From: Eutreptiella sp. 'Long Island Sound 2002'
Lineage: Eukaryota > Protista > Euglenida
DNA length: 64,000 nucleotides
NCBI GenBank assembly: GCA_964036045.1
Contig: OZ038378.1
Coordinates: 6,324,001-6,388,000, forward strand
Direction of reading: 5' to 3'
Shown piece by piece: positions 46,720 to 58,700 of the stretch. Positions within the stretch are counted from its first letter, which is position 1, and every line of letters starts with the position of its first letter. The translations under genes and the position numbers were made by a program. Under the pieces are notes generated by a model, which did no database searches, was not told the DNA's origin, and worked only from the letters and a program-made list of their open reading frames with translations.

Positions 46720-48930
46720 CCTTTCCTGCTGTGGGTTTGCGACTTCAACCGTGACATCATAACCGGGATCTTCCCATTGGCCATGCTCCAATGGGGCAGG
46801 GGAATGGCCATACTGATTGGGGTGACGGATACTAACCTCACAAAAGAACGCCATGCCCGGTGGCCAAGCAACTGCATGCACCCGGTCCCAATCCACTCTT
46901 CCAACTGGTGCATTTTGCCCTATCCAGGGCTGTCCACCAAGGGTCCTGAAAATGCTAGTGTCAGCATGAAGGTACGTGGTCAGGCTCAAGAAGGTCCCCC
47001 AAATGGCTAAACGGATTTATTTTTTTGGATGGACACCCCCCCCACACACCCCGGGTCCCAATCTTCCCCCATCCCCCCCCCCCAACCCTTCGAAACCAGC
47101 TGCGATTTTTTTTTTGCACGCCAAGTTTGACGATGGCGACCTATTTCGCGCTTTCGTGTGCGTCTATTGGGATTTATGACATTGATGCTATGGTGATACA
47201 CTCCACACCTCTCTCGTTGGGGCCACAGCCATTTTATATGGGGCTTCAAAGTTTTTGTATTGCTTGTGCCGCCTAACCTCCCAACGATTTTTTTTCCGGC
47301 GCTTTTGGCGCCCTCTTCTTGTGGGTCCCCTTGCCTTGGCCTCGCCAATGTTTGTAGCCCCAATTCTGGCGCACCTTGCACTCCCCTGCATGCATATTGA
47401 CCCATGTATTCATGCCGTGAAGTCGGCAACCAACACATCTCAGGCAGGGGTGCAGTGCCTAAAGCAAAGAAGGCTTTGGCTACACCGTTTGTATCACAGG
47501 TCCTCTGGTAGTTGCTGCAATGGTATTGCACTGATGACTCGGCTGTCGTCAGGCCTGACCTCGGATTCAGGTGCAGCAATGCGCCCAGGCACTTGCAATG
47601 CCTCAGCGGGGAGAGCTGGGCAAGGCATCAGTTTGAAACCCACTTTAGTGAACTTGCAGCTGCAGAAAGCGAGCCGCCCTGCACCCGTCAGCGGCTCGAT
47701 GGACCGCACTCCAACGAGACATGCCCCTGTGGACCAGTCCCCAAGAGGGCATGCCAAAACCTCCCCTCTGCAGGGCGTTTGACCCAAATGAGTCCACCAC
47801 ATGAGGAACAGGGATACACTCTGCCGAGGAGACAGGTGGGGGGCGGGGGGGGTGGCAGGAGTTGGCAAGAGTGAGCGTCAGGCGGGGCTAGAACGGCGAG
47901 AGGGTCTGGGGGAGCGGGGGGGTTCGCACTCCTTGTGAATGGTGCGATGCCATTGGTGCGGACTGTGCTGCCTTGTTCCGGTTGGCACGACGAATCCATC
48001 AAAACCTATGGTTGTACGAATGATGGTAGAAGTTGGAGTTCATTCTTGGGCATAGGTATTATGAGAACGCAAGCACGTCATTTGAGCCTTGAGTGTATCG
48101 GGGTGCGCGATTGCCTACATGTCCTGCTTTTGTGGGATGTCAACTCCTTGAGGGCAAGATGAAGATACACATGGTTTTGTCGTCTCGCGGTCGCAGCCAT
48201 TGGAATGTCCAACGCCGTCCAAATTGTCTTGATCGTCAGTGTTTTTGAGTTCAGATTTTGCATTTATGTGGGCACTTTCAAAATGGTCGTCCTTTATTGA
48301 GTTATCGATCTTCCAATGTGACTCACTCGCTCAACAAAGAATATTTGGTGTGCCCTGACCGAAGTGACAAATACGTTTTACTAACGTCATGTGGGGTAAT
48401 GCAGTAATTAGAAACACTGTGGAGGAGTACTGGATAATGGCAAGCAACGGCGTTTCATTTCAGTCAGCTCAAGCTCAGGGAAGTCTGCAAGGAAGGGGCA
48501 GTTATCCCACTGCATACACTGTCCAATTAACCCCCCCCCCCCTACAATGACACGCAGTCAAAATAAGAACACACACGCGTGCTCTTATTAGTGTCTCCAG
48601 AATCAGAACATGCAACCCATCCAGCCTGCTCCTGGGTTGCTGTAATTGGGTTGTGTTCAACTTGGTCGTTGTCACTGTCACTCCACTGATACTGCCAGCA
48701 TAGTCTGAGGCATTTGTGGCTGCCTCATAGCAATCATCCACAATTGCCTCATCCTCATCTCCGGCAGCCATAACATCCTCAAAACGCAAAAGAGGGTCAT
48801 GAACATTTCGCTCTGCCATGTTTCTGAAAACAGAGAGGGCTAAGAACACTGCACAGGCGGGTCTTCCACATAAGAACACGCGCCAAATAAGGATACACAA
48901 AAAAAAGAAGAACACATGCATGCTCTTATA

Positions 48931-49768
48931 TCTCTTGGGGACGTTTGGAATTGCGCCAACTCGGTGGGTTTTCGGGGGTCGGTGCCATTGTTCCCTCATT
49001 TGTGCCCACTGACTGTCCCGGAGGTAGGGGTACGTGGGTTATATTCGGAAAGCACTTGAAAAGGGCTATTTGGAACACCCAGGTCTGCGTGCTGTACCAA
49101 CGACATGCCTGAGATCTTCGTCCGTTTTGGACGATGCCTGTGTTGCTTTCTGCCTGTTTTTGTTGACAGCTTGCAGGTGCCTATAAGTCTTCATCTGGCC
49201 ATCAGGACCACCTGCAGAAGCCTGTTTTGATCAGAGATGACAAAATAAAATGGTTGGATTTTGGAGTGACACCTGTTACTCAAAGCCTGCAGCCCCATCT
49301 TGGCTTTGTCTGGGTGAAATCAGGGTACAATGAGACCATTGCATTGCGCAAGGTCCGGCTGACCAAACAGCGAAATGTGCACCTCACAACTGATGGCCTG
49401 TGGGCCATGCCTCTCAACACACGGCGGATGCCTGTAAAGGCACGCAGGCTGCAGGATTGGGAAAAATTGAAGAAATATGTCCCCATTCACAAGCAGGGCG
49501 ATGTGTGTCCCAATGGGGTGGAGAGGGACAACAATGATGACAATTCGGATCCGGAATAAGCGGTGGTCCCCTGTGCAGTGCTCCAGCTCTGTGCTCAAAA
49601 ATGTGACCACCTGTCCCCCCCCCCAACCCACACATTTCTGAAACGGCATTTTCTCACAGATTTCAAAAAGTATACACCCCCCCCCCCCGCCCCACGGATC
49701 CAAAGCTTTGCAGAAAAACCACAAAAAGTGCCAAAACCCACCGTGTTGTTCTGAATGTCCCTGAGAGA
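48931..49768 (+). mobile_element. Internally deleted DNA transposon (~840 bp) retaining a transposase C-terminus (Sola/DUF7869-like)
   Basis: Imperfect ~45-bp inverted ends: TATATCTCTTGGGGACGTTTGGAA..CAACTCGGTGGGTTTT versus AAAACCCACCGTGTTGTTCTGAATGTCCCTGAGAGATATA. ORF 49227-49559 reads IKWLDF..GFVWVKSGYNE..LQDWEKLKKYVP. The family call is from memory. Confidence 0.5.
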
Positions 49769-51388
49769 TATAGGGGAGGGGCTTAGACGTCCCACCGCCT
49801 CTGGCGGCTTCTGGTCTCCCACACAGGACAACTGATGTTGTACTTTGTCGGTCATTATGGTTCAGTCACACTGTCCAAGCACTTGCGAGGCACAACTAAG
49901 TCTGAGAGCAAAAAAAATGGCAAGCAATGGCAACCCGGGATCTAACCAACACTAATCTATGACAATTTGTCGGAGGCACGCCCCCACAAATTGGCAACAC
50001 ATGGACCAAAAGTGGATGTTATCACAAATGAGTCTGATTGGTACAAAAAACGCTGTGACGCATGCCTCTGGCTCCACTGGTATGCAGTATTGAGCGGTTG
50101 CGTGGCCGCTACAGTAAGTGCAATGGCGTTCTTGTTGTTTTTAATTTCTCGTCTGGCTCTTCAGTATCAGGTTCTTGGAGGGCTGGTCCTGATGTGCTGA
50201 TAGAATAGCGAGCCCAACCAATGTGCGGCACATGCCCAATGTTCTGCACCAAACATTCCACTTGCAGGCTGTCTGCTTTCTACTGCTTGTTCCACCTGCC
50301 TCACCCCATTTGCATTCTACATACTTCTACGGCAGCACTGTTGTGGCTAAGGATCATCCGATGATCGTATGTTCTGTTCCACAGCCGGCCCCAAGTTAGG
50401 CGGCGGAGGGGCATGCATGGCACACGCGCGATCGGGGGGGATGTGGGTTGTAGCTCTCATGCCAAAACGATGATGGGTTGCCGCTACCTGTCAAACTCCT
50501 CTCTCACGCCTTCGTTTCATCATGCATCAGAGTTTGTGGTGCATATTTGGCGCCATGCCCAACGCAGCAGCTTGTGCTGTGTGCAAGCCTCGTTGTAGCA
50601 CGCCCGTTGGGGTCCTTTGATGCTTTGATGCCATACTTATGTTCGCCACTGGTTGCGACCCTTGTTTGGCTTCTTCATGCATCGCCGGTTGCGGGAGTAC
50701 CGCCTTCACCTCGGAAAGACCACGCTGGCCTCTGCTTACAAGTGACACCAGAAAGTGTCAACCTTAAGGGCTCTCTTCAGTATTGGTTGAGCCAGAAACT
50801 GGAGCCTGCCGTTGCGAATCTTGTTGGTCAAGTCCAATCCCTTGTCATCATCAGCCGCTCTGTCCAGCCATGTTCCCCGAACATGGCGCCAGTGTTGACG
50901 TTCACCCATTGGCTAACGCAACATTCCCCATTGAATGTAAGCCTGCACTATCTCCATTGTCCTTCGGATGTTGCACCATGTCTGAAGCAGCCCAGGGTCC
51001 GGGAATCCACCGCCATTATAGGTATTGCTTTGTGGTGTGCAATCCTTGTACGGCTATGATTGCAAACTGCTCTTTTTGGTACCCCACCCTCCCTGGCCAT
51101 GGATTTCGTATGCTGTTGATGCACAAAGCCAGGTAGGCCCAACTGCGGGTATTTGCGTGGCCATGTGTTGTGTGTACCGATGGAGACGCCCACAGTAATG
51201 AAGGAGCTGTGCATGGGACAGATGTCGCCAGTTTGTAGATTGGCCAGGGTTTGGGGGTTTGGCATGCTCTTGTGCTGTCTTGACGTAGGTGTGCCAGTGA
51301 AGGAAAGCGCTTTGAACATTACCCGCCCCGGGATGCCACGGGGGATTGCGCACATTTTAAAGAAGGACCTGCTTTAGGGTACCGCCCC

Positions 51389-51479
51389 CTGCGCCGTGAC
51401 ACACACGCATGCACACACACACACACACACACATACACACACACACACACACACATACACACACACACACACACACACA
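51389..51479 (+). repeat. (CA)n microsatellite, interrupted
   Basis: Read directly from the sequence. Confidence 0.9.
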
Positions 51480-53833
51480 GGGTGCCTTTGTGGGGCGAGC
51501 CGTAAGCCGGGGAGCCCCCCCCCCCCCCCTCTGACTGACAGCTACTGACTGTGATTGTCTGACTAACTGTAGTCAGACATGATGTTCTGTTTTCTGTTTC
51601 AGACACAGTGTGTGTCTTGAGGTTCAACCAGGTTTGGCATAGAGAATAAAGATGCACTTATGCCTGACTGTGGAGTGCATTACCTCTGGTTTGCATTTGT
51701 CTGTTTTTTAATTAGGTCACACCCCCCCCTCAGTGGATCCACCAGTGTCCTCCCCCCCCCTTGCGCAAGCACCGCTGTCGCACAGTCGTCACTGCCCGGT
51801 GAAACTGCAATCAGTTTGACGGTTCCAATTGGATTTTCAGTTTGTTTTGTGAGGCGTTGTGCAAATTTATTGCCCGAAAGTGTACCTTTTTGCTGAAGAA
51901 CCATTCCCATGGCGTGTCCTGCAGTCCCAAATGTCTTTTCTTCCACCTGGGTACCCTCCGAAGTACAGGCGGTCCACTGGGGATATGGCAAACGGTGTGC
52001 TCATTGGCCCCTTGCCACTTGGCGACAGCTTCGTCAACATCACATGTGAGCGCAGTAGTGAAGTGGTGCACCATTACTGTGCGCCACTGCCCCCAAAACC
52101 AGCCGCTGAACCTGCATTCAAGCGCGCCAGGGCACCTGCCAAACCTGCAGCCAAAGAAGATGCTGCTGAGCGTGTGTAGCTGTTCCGCACGTGGTACAAG
52201 CGGGGCACTGGGTTTTATTCTGAGCCCCTGCAGAAGTACTGCCCACTCACCAAATCAGCCCGTGAAATGACAAACTGCGACGCAATTTGACGGATTCCAG
52301 GCTTCTGCAATGCTGTGCGGCTGCATGTGTGCTTGCATTTGTGCCCAGACACACCGTGGGGTTTGGAGGACACGTCACGAGTTTGTAATGGTTTTGGACC
52401 AGCGGTGCTGGGCGTGGTCACAGGCCTTGCGCAGTCACCGCTACCAAATGAAACCGTCATTTTCTGTGCCTTTGGACTGCACAAGAAGGGGGGGGGGATC
52501 CTCTTCTCGCCGTGCACCTGTGGACTGCTGAAGGATCAGTAATCACGGGGTATCCTTCGCACAGTGCAGCCTTGGGCACGTGCAGAGTGCAGCATCCCAC
52601 ACTGTTTTTGGAGCTTAAGACCAGTTCTTGCAGTAGAAATTCACTGGTAAACTGTAGCATGGCTGATGCTGTTGCGCTCCTCTGAAAAGAAATGTCTTCG
52701 TGTTGGGTTGTGCCCATCTGCACTGTAGGAGGGACCATTGGGGTGGCCTTATTCGACCCAACGTAATGCTGAATCTAGCGGTCAACACTTTGTTGGGGAT
52801 CACAGTCTGGCACCCGATGCCGTCATCATGTGAGATGAAGGGCCCACCAGAGTCAGGGGTGCTGTTTGTTTACGGAGGTTGGGGCCCCTGACGGGTCTTG
52901 CAAGCGCCGGATGCATGTGGTTGTCACGGGGGTCTTGCCTCTGAAGGTCTGTGCCATGCGTGCTGTCGAAACGGCAGCTCTAAACGGCCACGGTCGTGGG
53001 ACAAAGGCAGTGATTGAGAAAAGCCCTCCCCCCCTGCCTCTTTGCGGGCCCATTCCATCCTCCCATTCTGTGTTGATCAGTTGTAGGCATTGCAGCCCGT
53101 GGTCGCGTCCAGAATGCCGAGATCGACACCTTTCAAAGGATCCTCCGCCACATGGGACCCCGGAAGGGCCGTGGCAAAGCGCAGAAAGACGAATTGCATC
53201 TCCCGACAAAGCCCCTTGCGCTCGTGATTGTGGGGGATGAGTGGTGTGAATGGAAGCACAAAAGCATTAAGCACCCGTACCTTGTCTTCATGGTGCGTTA
53301 GCGCTTGTGTGCGTTGCGGATGCTGCAGGAACACAGAGTACACTCACCAGCCATGTCGAATCCTCACAGCCACAACAGCCTTCCCCGACCCTCTTCCCTC
53401 AACAACCCCAAACAATCCTCCACAACATCCTCAAGTCTTGCTCCTCCTGCACCCCTCCGCCCCCCAGCATTCACAGCCTTCCACAAGACCCTGTCATTCA
53501 CCTGCCAAACCATTACTCGACTCTCCACACCCTTAGCCCATCAGTCACGGCTACACTCAGGTTTGCCCATGACCTTCACATGGACCCCTGCCCCGCCCCC
53601 GCCCACTCCTGCACCTACACCGAGGATGCCGAGGAAAATGGTTGGTTTGGGGTCTGAGGATGGCTGAGACTTGCTTCTCATGATCTACTACTTGTGCCCT
53701 TTGCCCCTGCCATCGGCCCCACGCCCCGCTGGGCAATACTAGTGCTACGGTCTTGCGGGCCCGCGGATTGTTCTGCTAGACCACAACCTGAAAGGCCGTA
53801 TGCGTGTCCCTCATTGCGTTGGGTGTCTCTCAG

Positions 53834-54139
53834 GTATACAACCACAAAAAGATCCATCCCTACGCCCGGAACGTGCACTGGATCCCACTGGGCATGAACT
53901 ACAAGTTCTCTCCCCCGTCCCAGACCCGCGTCATGAAGGCCGCGGCCCGGAACCGCTTGTATCTTGCGAACTTCGTTGGAACCTCCGCCACGTCCTCCGA
54001 GCGGTTTGCGGTGATCGACGATCTGCACCGGCACCGTAATGCGCTTCCCAAAGGGCGGCTCTATATCCACGTGGCTAAGAAGTGGACCAAGACCTACGAC
54101 AGAACCTCCAATTATCTTTCCCCGAACAGCTTCCGTCAG
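53834..54139 (+). CDS. Exon of an exostosin-like (GT47) glycosyltransferase
   Basis: VYNHKK..NVHWIPLG..RLYLANFVGT..SER..W..SPNSFRQ. Preceded by CTCTCAG and followed by a GTGTGT donor at 54140. Confidence 0.75.
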
Positions 54140-55175
54140 GTGTGTGCGCGCGCTTCACGGTCTGGTGGGAGTTGGGACGAAGGGCTGTTCGGGGACCACC
54201 GCGGAAGCCATTTTCTCCCCCGTGTAAAAGGGTCGGCGGGATGTATCAAAGGGCGCGGGTGGGATCGCCTACACGGGGCATACAAGGGCCGCACCGGGCG
54301 TGTGCAATTTGCTTTGGCAGTCTACATGGGCCACCCCTGAATCCTGTCAAATCGCCATCGATTGGCTTCCAATCACCGTTGGCTGCTCCCCGACCGCCGG
54401 TGCCCCTCCAAACAACCTTACGCCTTGAGGAAGTGCGGAGGGAGGGGGGGGGGTAAATAAGAGCCCTGGTCAATTCCAGCCGAAGGGCATGGGAAAATGT
54501 CCGGCCATACATTTTTCCAGTCGCCGCGGAACGTGATTGGGTATGAATCCCCATCCCCTTACTTGCGGGTGTCGACGTTCCGAACTCCCGGTTTTCTGAG
54601 TGTAGAGTGACTTCGTGACGTCGTGTGGACTTTTCCGCAGACACTTGTAGCCCCCCTTCTGTGCCTCCACCTTTCTCTCTCCTGCGCCTTGTGGAGGAGC
54701 TCAATGAAGCGCCGTTCTCCTCCAACCGGTTGCATTCACGTGCACACCGGCCCTGGAACCGTGGTGCCACTGACGGCCACGGCCAGCGGGTGCCTTTGCG
54801 GGGGTGCCCCAGAGGGACTGAGCCTCAACACTGTGAAATCCATTTCGGAGAGGGGCGGTCGAAAGCGAGAGGCGGGGGGCGCGCGTGGTGTCCGCGGTGG
54901 GCCGAAGCGAAGGAGGTGTCATCCCATCCGCGTTTATCAATGCTCGATGGCATTGTTATGGGAAGGGACCCGGGAGCAAAGGAGAAGACAAACAGACGGG
55001 GCGCAGGGTGGGGTGCACGCGGCACTGCTGTATCCGGAGCTCACACGGCACACACCATCATCTCACCGGACGTCAGAAAAGCACTTAACTTGTCAAAGTG
55101 ACCGTTTGCAGCGCAGGTTTGCCTTTGTGAGGGGAGGGCGCGCGACGCACAATCGCTCCTCCGCCGCGTTTGCAG

Positions 55176-55361
55176 GTGTTGCTGGATTCTGTGTTCACCA
55201 TTGTCCCGCCGGGGCACAATTACGAGACGTTTCGCTTCTGGGAGAGTGTGGAATGTGGGTCGATTCCTGTTGTTGTGTCAGGTCGCTTCCCTGCACTGGG
55301 CTGCGGTGTCAAGTACTGGCAGGAGCATGGGGTTGTGGACGAATTAGGGCTGTGGGGCTGA
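55176..55361 (+). CDS. Next exon of the GT47/exostosin-like gene (may end at a donor near 55281)
   Basis: A phase-0 GT-AG intron (54140-55175) joins SFRQ to VLLDSVFTIVPPGHNYETFRFWESVECGSIPVV, the conserved GT47 S-F-x3-P-G..R..E...G-IPV motif. Confidence 0.8.
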   Translation: MLLDSVFTIVPPGHNYETFRFWESVECGSIPVVVSGRFPALGCGVKYWQEHGVVDELGLWG

Positions 55362-55508
55362 TTTGAACCCTTTCCAGATGTTGAGGGAGCAAAATTACGG
55401 CGTGGTATCCCCATCTTTTGTATGCTCCCCCTCCCAATGCGTTATCGCGGGAACAATACACCCCCCCCCCTATTGTAGAAATTGTGTGTGCCCACATTAT
55501 TTTTCATA

Positions 55509-55783
55509 CCCCCCCCCCCTGTAAAAGCTACGCCCTTGTCCAAGCTACAGCGGGCATAGGGACCGTGATAATTTGGGACCTAATTTAATTCGGTACCAAA
55601 TGTAGTGCAGCCACATAAGACATGGGTTTAGTGACGAATTTGCCAGTTACATAGAGTCATGGACACATTTGTTGTGAGTGTTTGCCCAATTGAACCCACG
55701 TAGCTCCGATTTGGGGATTATTTCTGCACTGTATCCCCTTTTCTTGCACCAGCTCACCATGCAATCTTCTCTTTTTGAACCTG
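55509..55783. mobile_element. Truncated MITE copy (left end plus internal segment)
   Basis: TA|CCCCCCCCCCCTGTAAAAGCTACGC followed by ~260 bp matching 23674-23933. No right inverted repeat found. Confidence 0.7.
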
Positions 55784-57549
55784 CATGTTGGAGGTGGTCT
55801 GCTGCTATCCGCGTCGCAAAGCCATCAAAAATATTGGCAAACCATATGTTGTGTAATCTGCAAACCTTGATGGGTACATTTTTTTGCAACATTTTTTTCT
55901 GATCCGTCTTTCAAAACTTTATCCCCCACCCACCCACCCTCGGTCGTTTCCAGCCGTCATGCCGATGGAATGGGGATGTTGAATCCACCATGGTCGTTAC
56001 TGGGATTCGACACTACTGGAACTTGAAGTTGAAGGTGATTTTGTTGATATTGTGCTGAATTTGACCAACACCGCGGCGAATAATTCAAACTTTTGACTTC
56101 TTACCAAGGGAAACTTGGTGGACTATCCCCGAAATGTTTGGTGGATTCAAAGTTTTAAGATCAAAAAGTTCTTCATGTCCACATGGCAAAAAGGAGGTAG
56201 TCTGAGGTGCCAGTCTGAGGCGGCGGGGGGGGGGTATCCCGCAGAAGTCTCGGTGGAATTCTCAGAATTCAGAAGGAAGCATCACTGTCATTGCCAGTGT
56301 CAGCACACGAAGATCTGTTATCCCCCTGACAGATGAATGGGAAGGGAGCACTCACAGAAGATGCAGATGCCTGAGTGGGATACGAGTTGGAAATGCAGCC
56401 TGCACCTCTGGTTGGTGCGGTCCTGACGATTGGATGGTGGTTTCCACTTGTTGCACACGCGTGCTTGTTTCGCTTGTATCTCATACTTACAACAGTCCCT
56501 GCCTACAGCCACCACCAAAGGGGAACAAAAATGTCTGGGAAATTCCACAGACTTCAGAGAAAATTCCGTGGTAATTTTTGTTGCCACTTTTGCCACGAAG
56601 AATTCCCATGTCAAGGTGACACACCGTGAAATCTCCCACCTACGTTCATCTCTTGCATTTCCTCTGCCAGTGCCTGGTGCCACATTTGTGAAGTTCCCTC
56701 CCAGCCTCTCTCCCATTTCCTGTGTGTTTTCATCTAAGATATGGGAAGGGCAGCCACAGAGGTAGTCACGGAATAGCAAAAAGTGCAGTTCTGAAGGTGC
56801 TGATAAGCATATGGTGGTAGACGTTGTAATAGATATTGTGATCCATGCATTGGCACAGGCTGTGCTGAGCACATAATGAGCAGTGTTGGCAGAGATCGGG
56901 GCAGGATTGTTTTCTGGTTCCTGTCGAGATGCTGAAGTGCTCCGTCTTGGTGTGAGGACAGCAAGAGTCAGGGGTCCAAAGGAACGGCAATTTCACTCAA
57001 CAAGGAGCGGTGCACACACAGCTGCACATACACAGAGATCACGAATGGTAGAGGCAGTGATGGAACCATCACGCTCGACGCAATCAATGAGAACAAACAG
57101 TCGTCATGCCGTACAGCATTTACAGTGGCGGTTGTGGGGGAAAGCTACGATTACCACTGTGAGTATCTCCAACATCACACCCGTCGCTGACCCCACTGTT
57201 GTCACTCACTGTCATCCCCCATAGCCCTGTGTATCACCATGGTCGCCAATACCCCCAGCTCTGCTTCCTAGGCCAGGTTTGGGGGGGGGGGGGTCCTGAT
57301 ACTGGCACGGCTTTTTGGTGTTCGCAGGGTAACCCCAGAGAGGGGAGGGGGGGCGTGCGAAATAATTTTCCTGGGCCATTAAATCTGAAAACTCTCGAAG
57401 GTTATGGAACGCCAGGGGGCTAGAGGGTTCTTGCAATGTATTTTGGGGGATGGAAGTTGTTTCAGGCCATGCGTGCGGTATTTTGTGTTCAAGGGCACGA
57501 TGACCGCCGAGTTCTCTCGGCTGCACCAGTGCACTCCACAGCAAGTCCC

Positions 57550-58700
57550 AGCTCAACTTGATGGATTATGTTGCAGGACATCAAGAAAGATGCGGCACGT
57601 TCGGCACCCCATACATACGGTCCGTGGATGGCATTGAATGCCCTGTGGTCCTTCTTGGGGAGAACCAGACCGCAGGCGCGTTCCTGAGAAGTGTTCGCAA
57701 CGATGCAGAGTTCTGGGAGGTCTTTTGCCACCCGCTGCCCGTTCTACTGCACTGCCGATCTCAGTGATTCTCCCCCCAGCAGCCCTCTCACGTCGTTCAC
57801 AGCACCGGAGCCGGTGCAATCGGGCCCATGAACTGTCCCGATAATATGTGGACGGAAATCCGTGCGCGATTGTTCTCAAATGGTCCTCGAAGGCATGTTC
57901 CGTGTGGCCACCCCGGCAGGATCACTGCAAACGAGTCCCGGCTCCGGTTGTACACCAACCCTTACGACCCCCCCCCCCCCCCAGCGATTTCAGTCGCCAA
58001 ACCCTGTCCATCTGAACCTGCGACACACCCCCACAACAAAGCAGCACTACAGAGCCCACGAAGTTTCTGGCCCGTCATTGTCTTCTTCAGCATCGCGGCA
58101 TGGTGCAACAGCGGCATTGCAGGATGCTGCGAAAGGCCCGGGCCACACGTCGCCGTTATCAGACGGTTGATCGTCTGTGTTTGGATCCATCTATGTTTGA
58201 AACATCATCGGTGGCCCCGCCGGAGATGGAGATGGCCTGCACTGCCATCTCCATCTGCGGGCACCCACTCAACTCCCAATGCACCGCCTCCAACATAGCC
58301 ATCGGCATGGTCCCATGGGACGGTAACACCCCACCGAGGGGAACATCCATGAAGTCAAACGCCGGGATCATATCCCTTTCTGAGAGGTCAGCGCTGCAGA
58401 ATTTTCCCGGCCGTTTCCGGCCGTGATACAATCTCATGACACACACAAGACAGCGCGATCCCGGCCTCCATGGTCCGGCCTACCATGTACTAGCCGTTGG
58501 CGACCTTCAGGGTCGCCGCAGGCCACTGGTCTGCTGGGATTTCGGCAACAACAGGAGGGCCTTGATTCGGCTCACCTCTACGGACATTGAAGACACGTCC
58601 CTCGCAGGCATCGCTCATGAGCCGCAACTGGCGGTGTTTGCCAACAGGGCGCACCGGCCATTTTCTCGACCCCCCCCAACATCATTGATGCGGCGCTTCA
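57550..58700 (-). pseudogene. Possible highly degenerate LINE RT remnant
   Basis: Minus-strand fragments KALLLLPKS..LRRP, HGRKRPGK..DMIPAFDF and SGCPQ occur in RT motif order, but in mixed frames and with irregular spacing. Confidence 0.3.

Noticed and set aside
48502-48999. Minus-strand MAERNVHDPLLRFEDV... first exon
   Set aside because: An acceptor-like TTTTCAG precedes an ATG, but there is no recognisable domain or downstream exon; not supportable without RNA data.
51480-51525. Another HDV-like ribozyme after the CA run at 51389-51479
   Set aside because: GGGTGCCTTTG... cannot form P1/P2/P3 and shows no similarity to the LINE 5' end.
54593-54603. TTTCTGAGTGT resembling the Euglena spliced-leader exon
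   Set aside because: Only an 11-nt match (SL recalled from memory); the downstream sequence and donor site do not follow.
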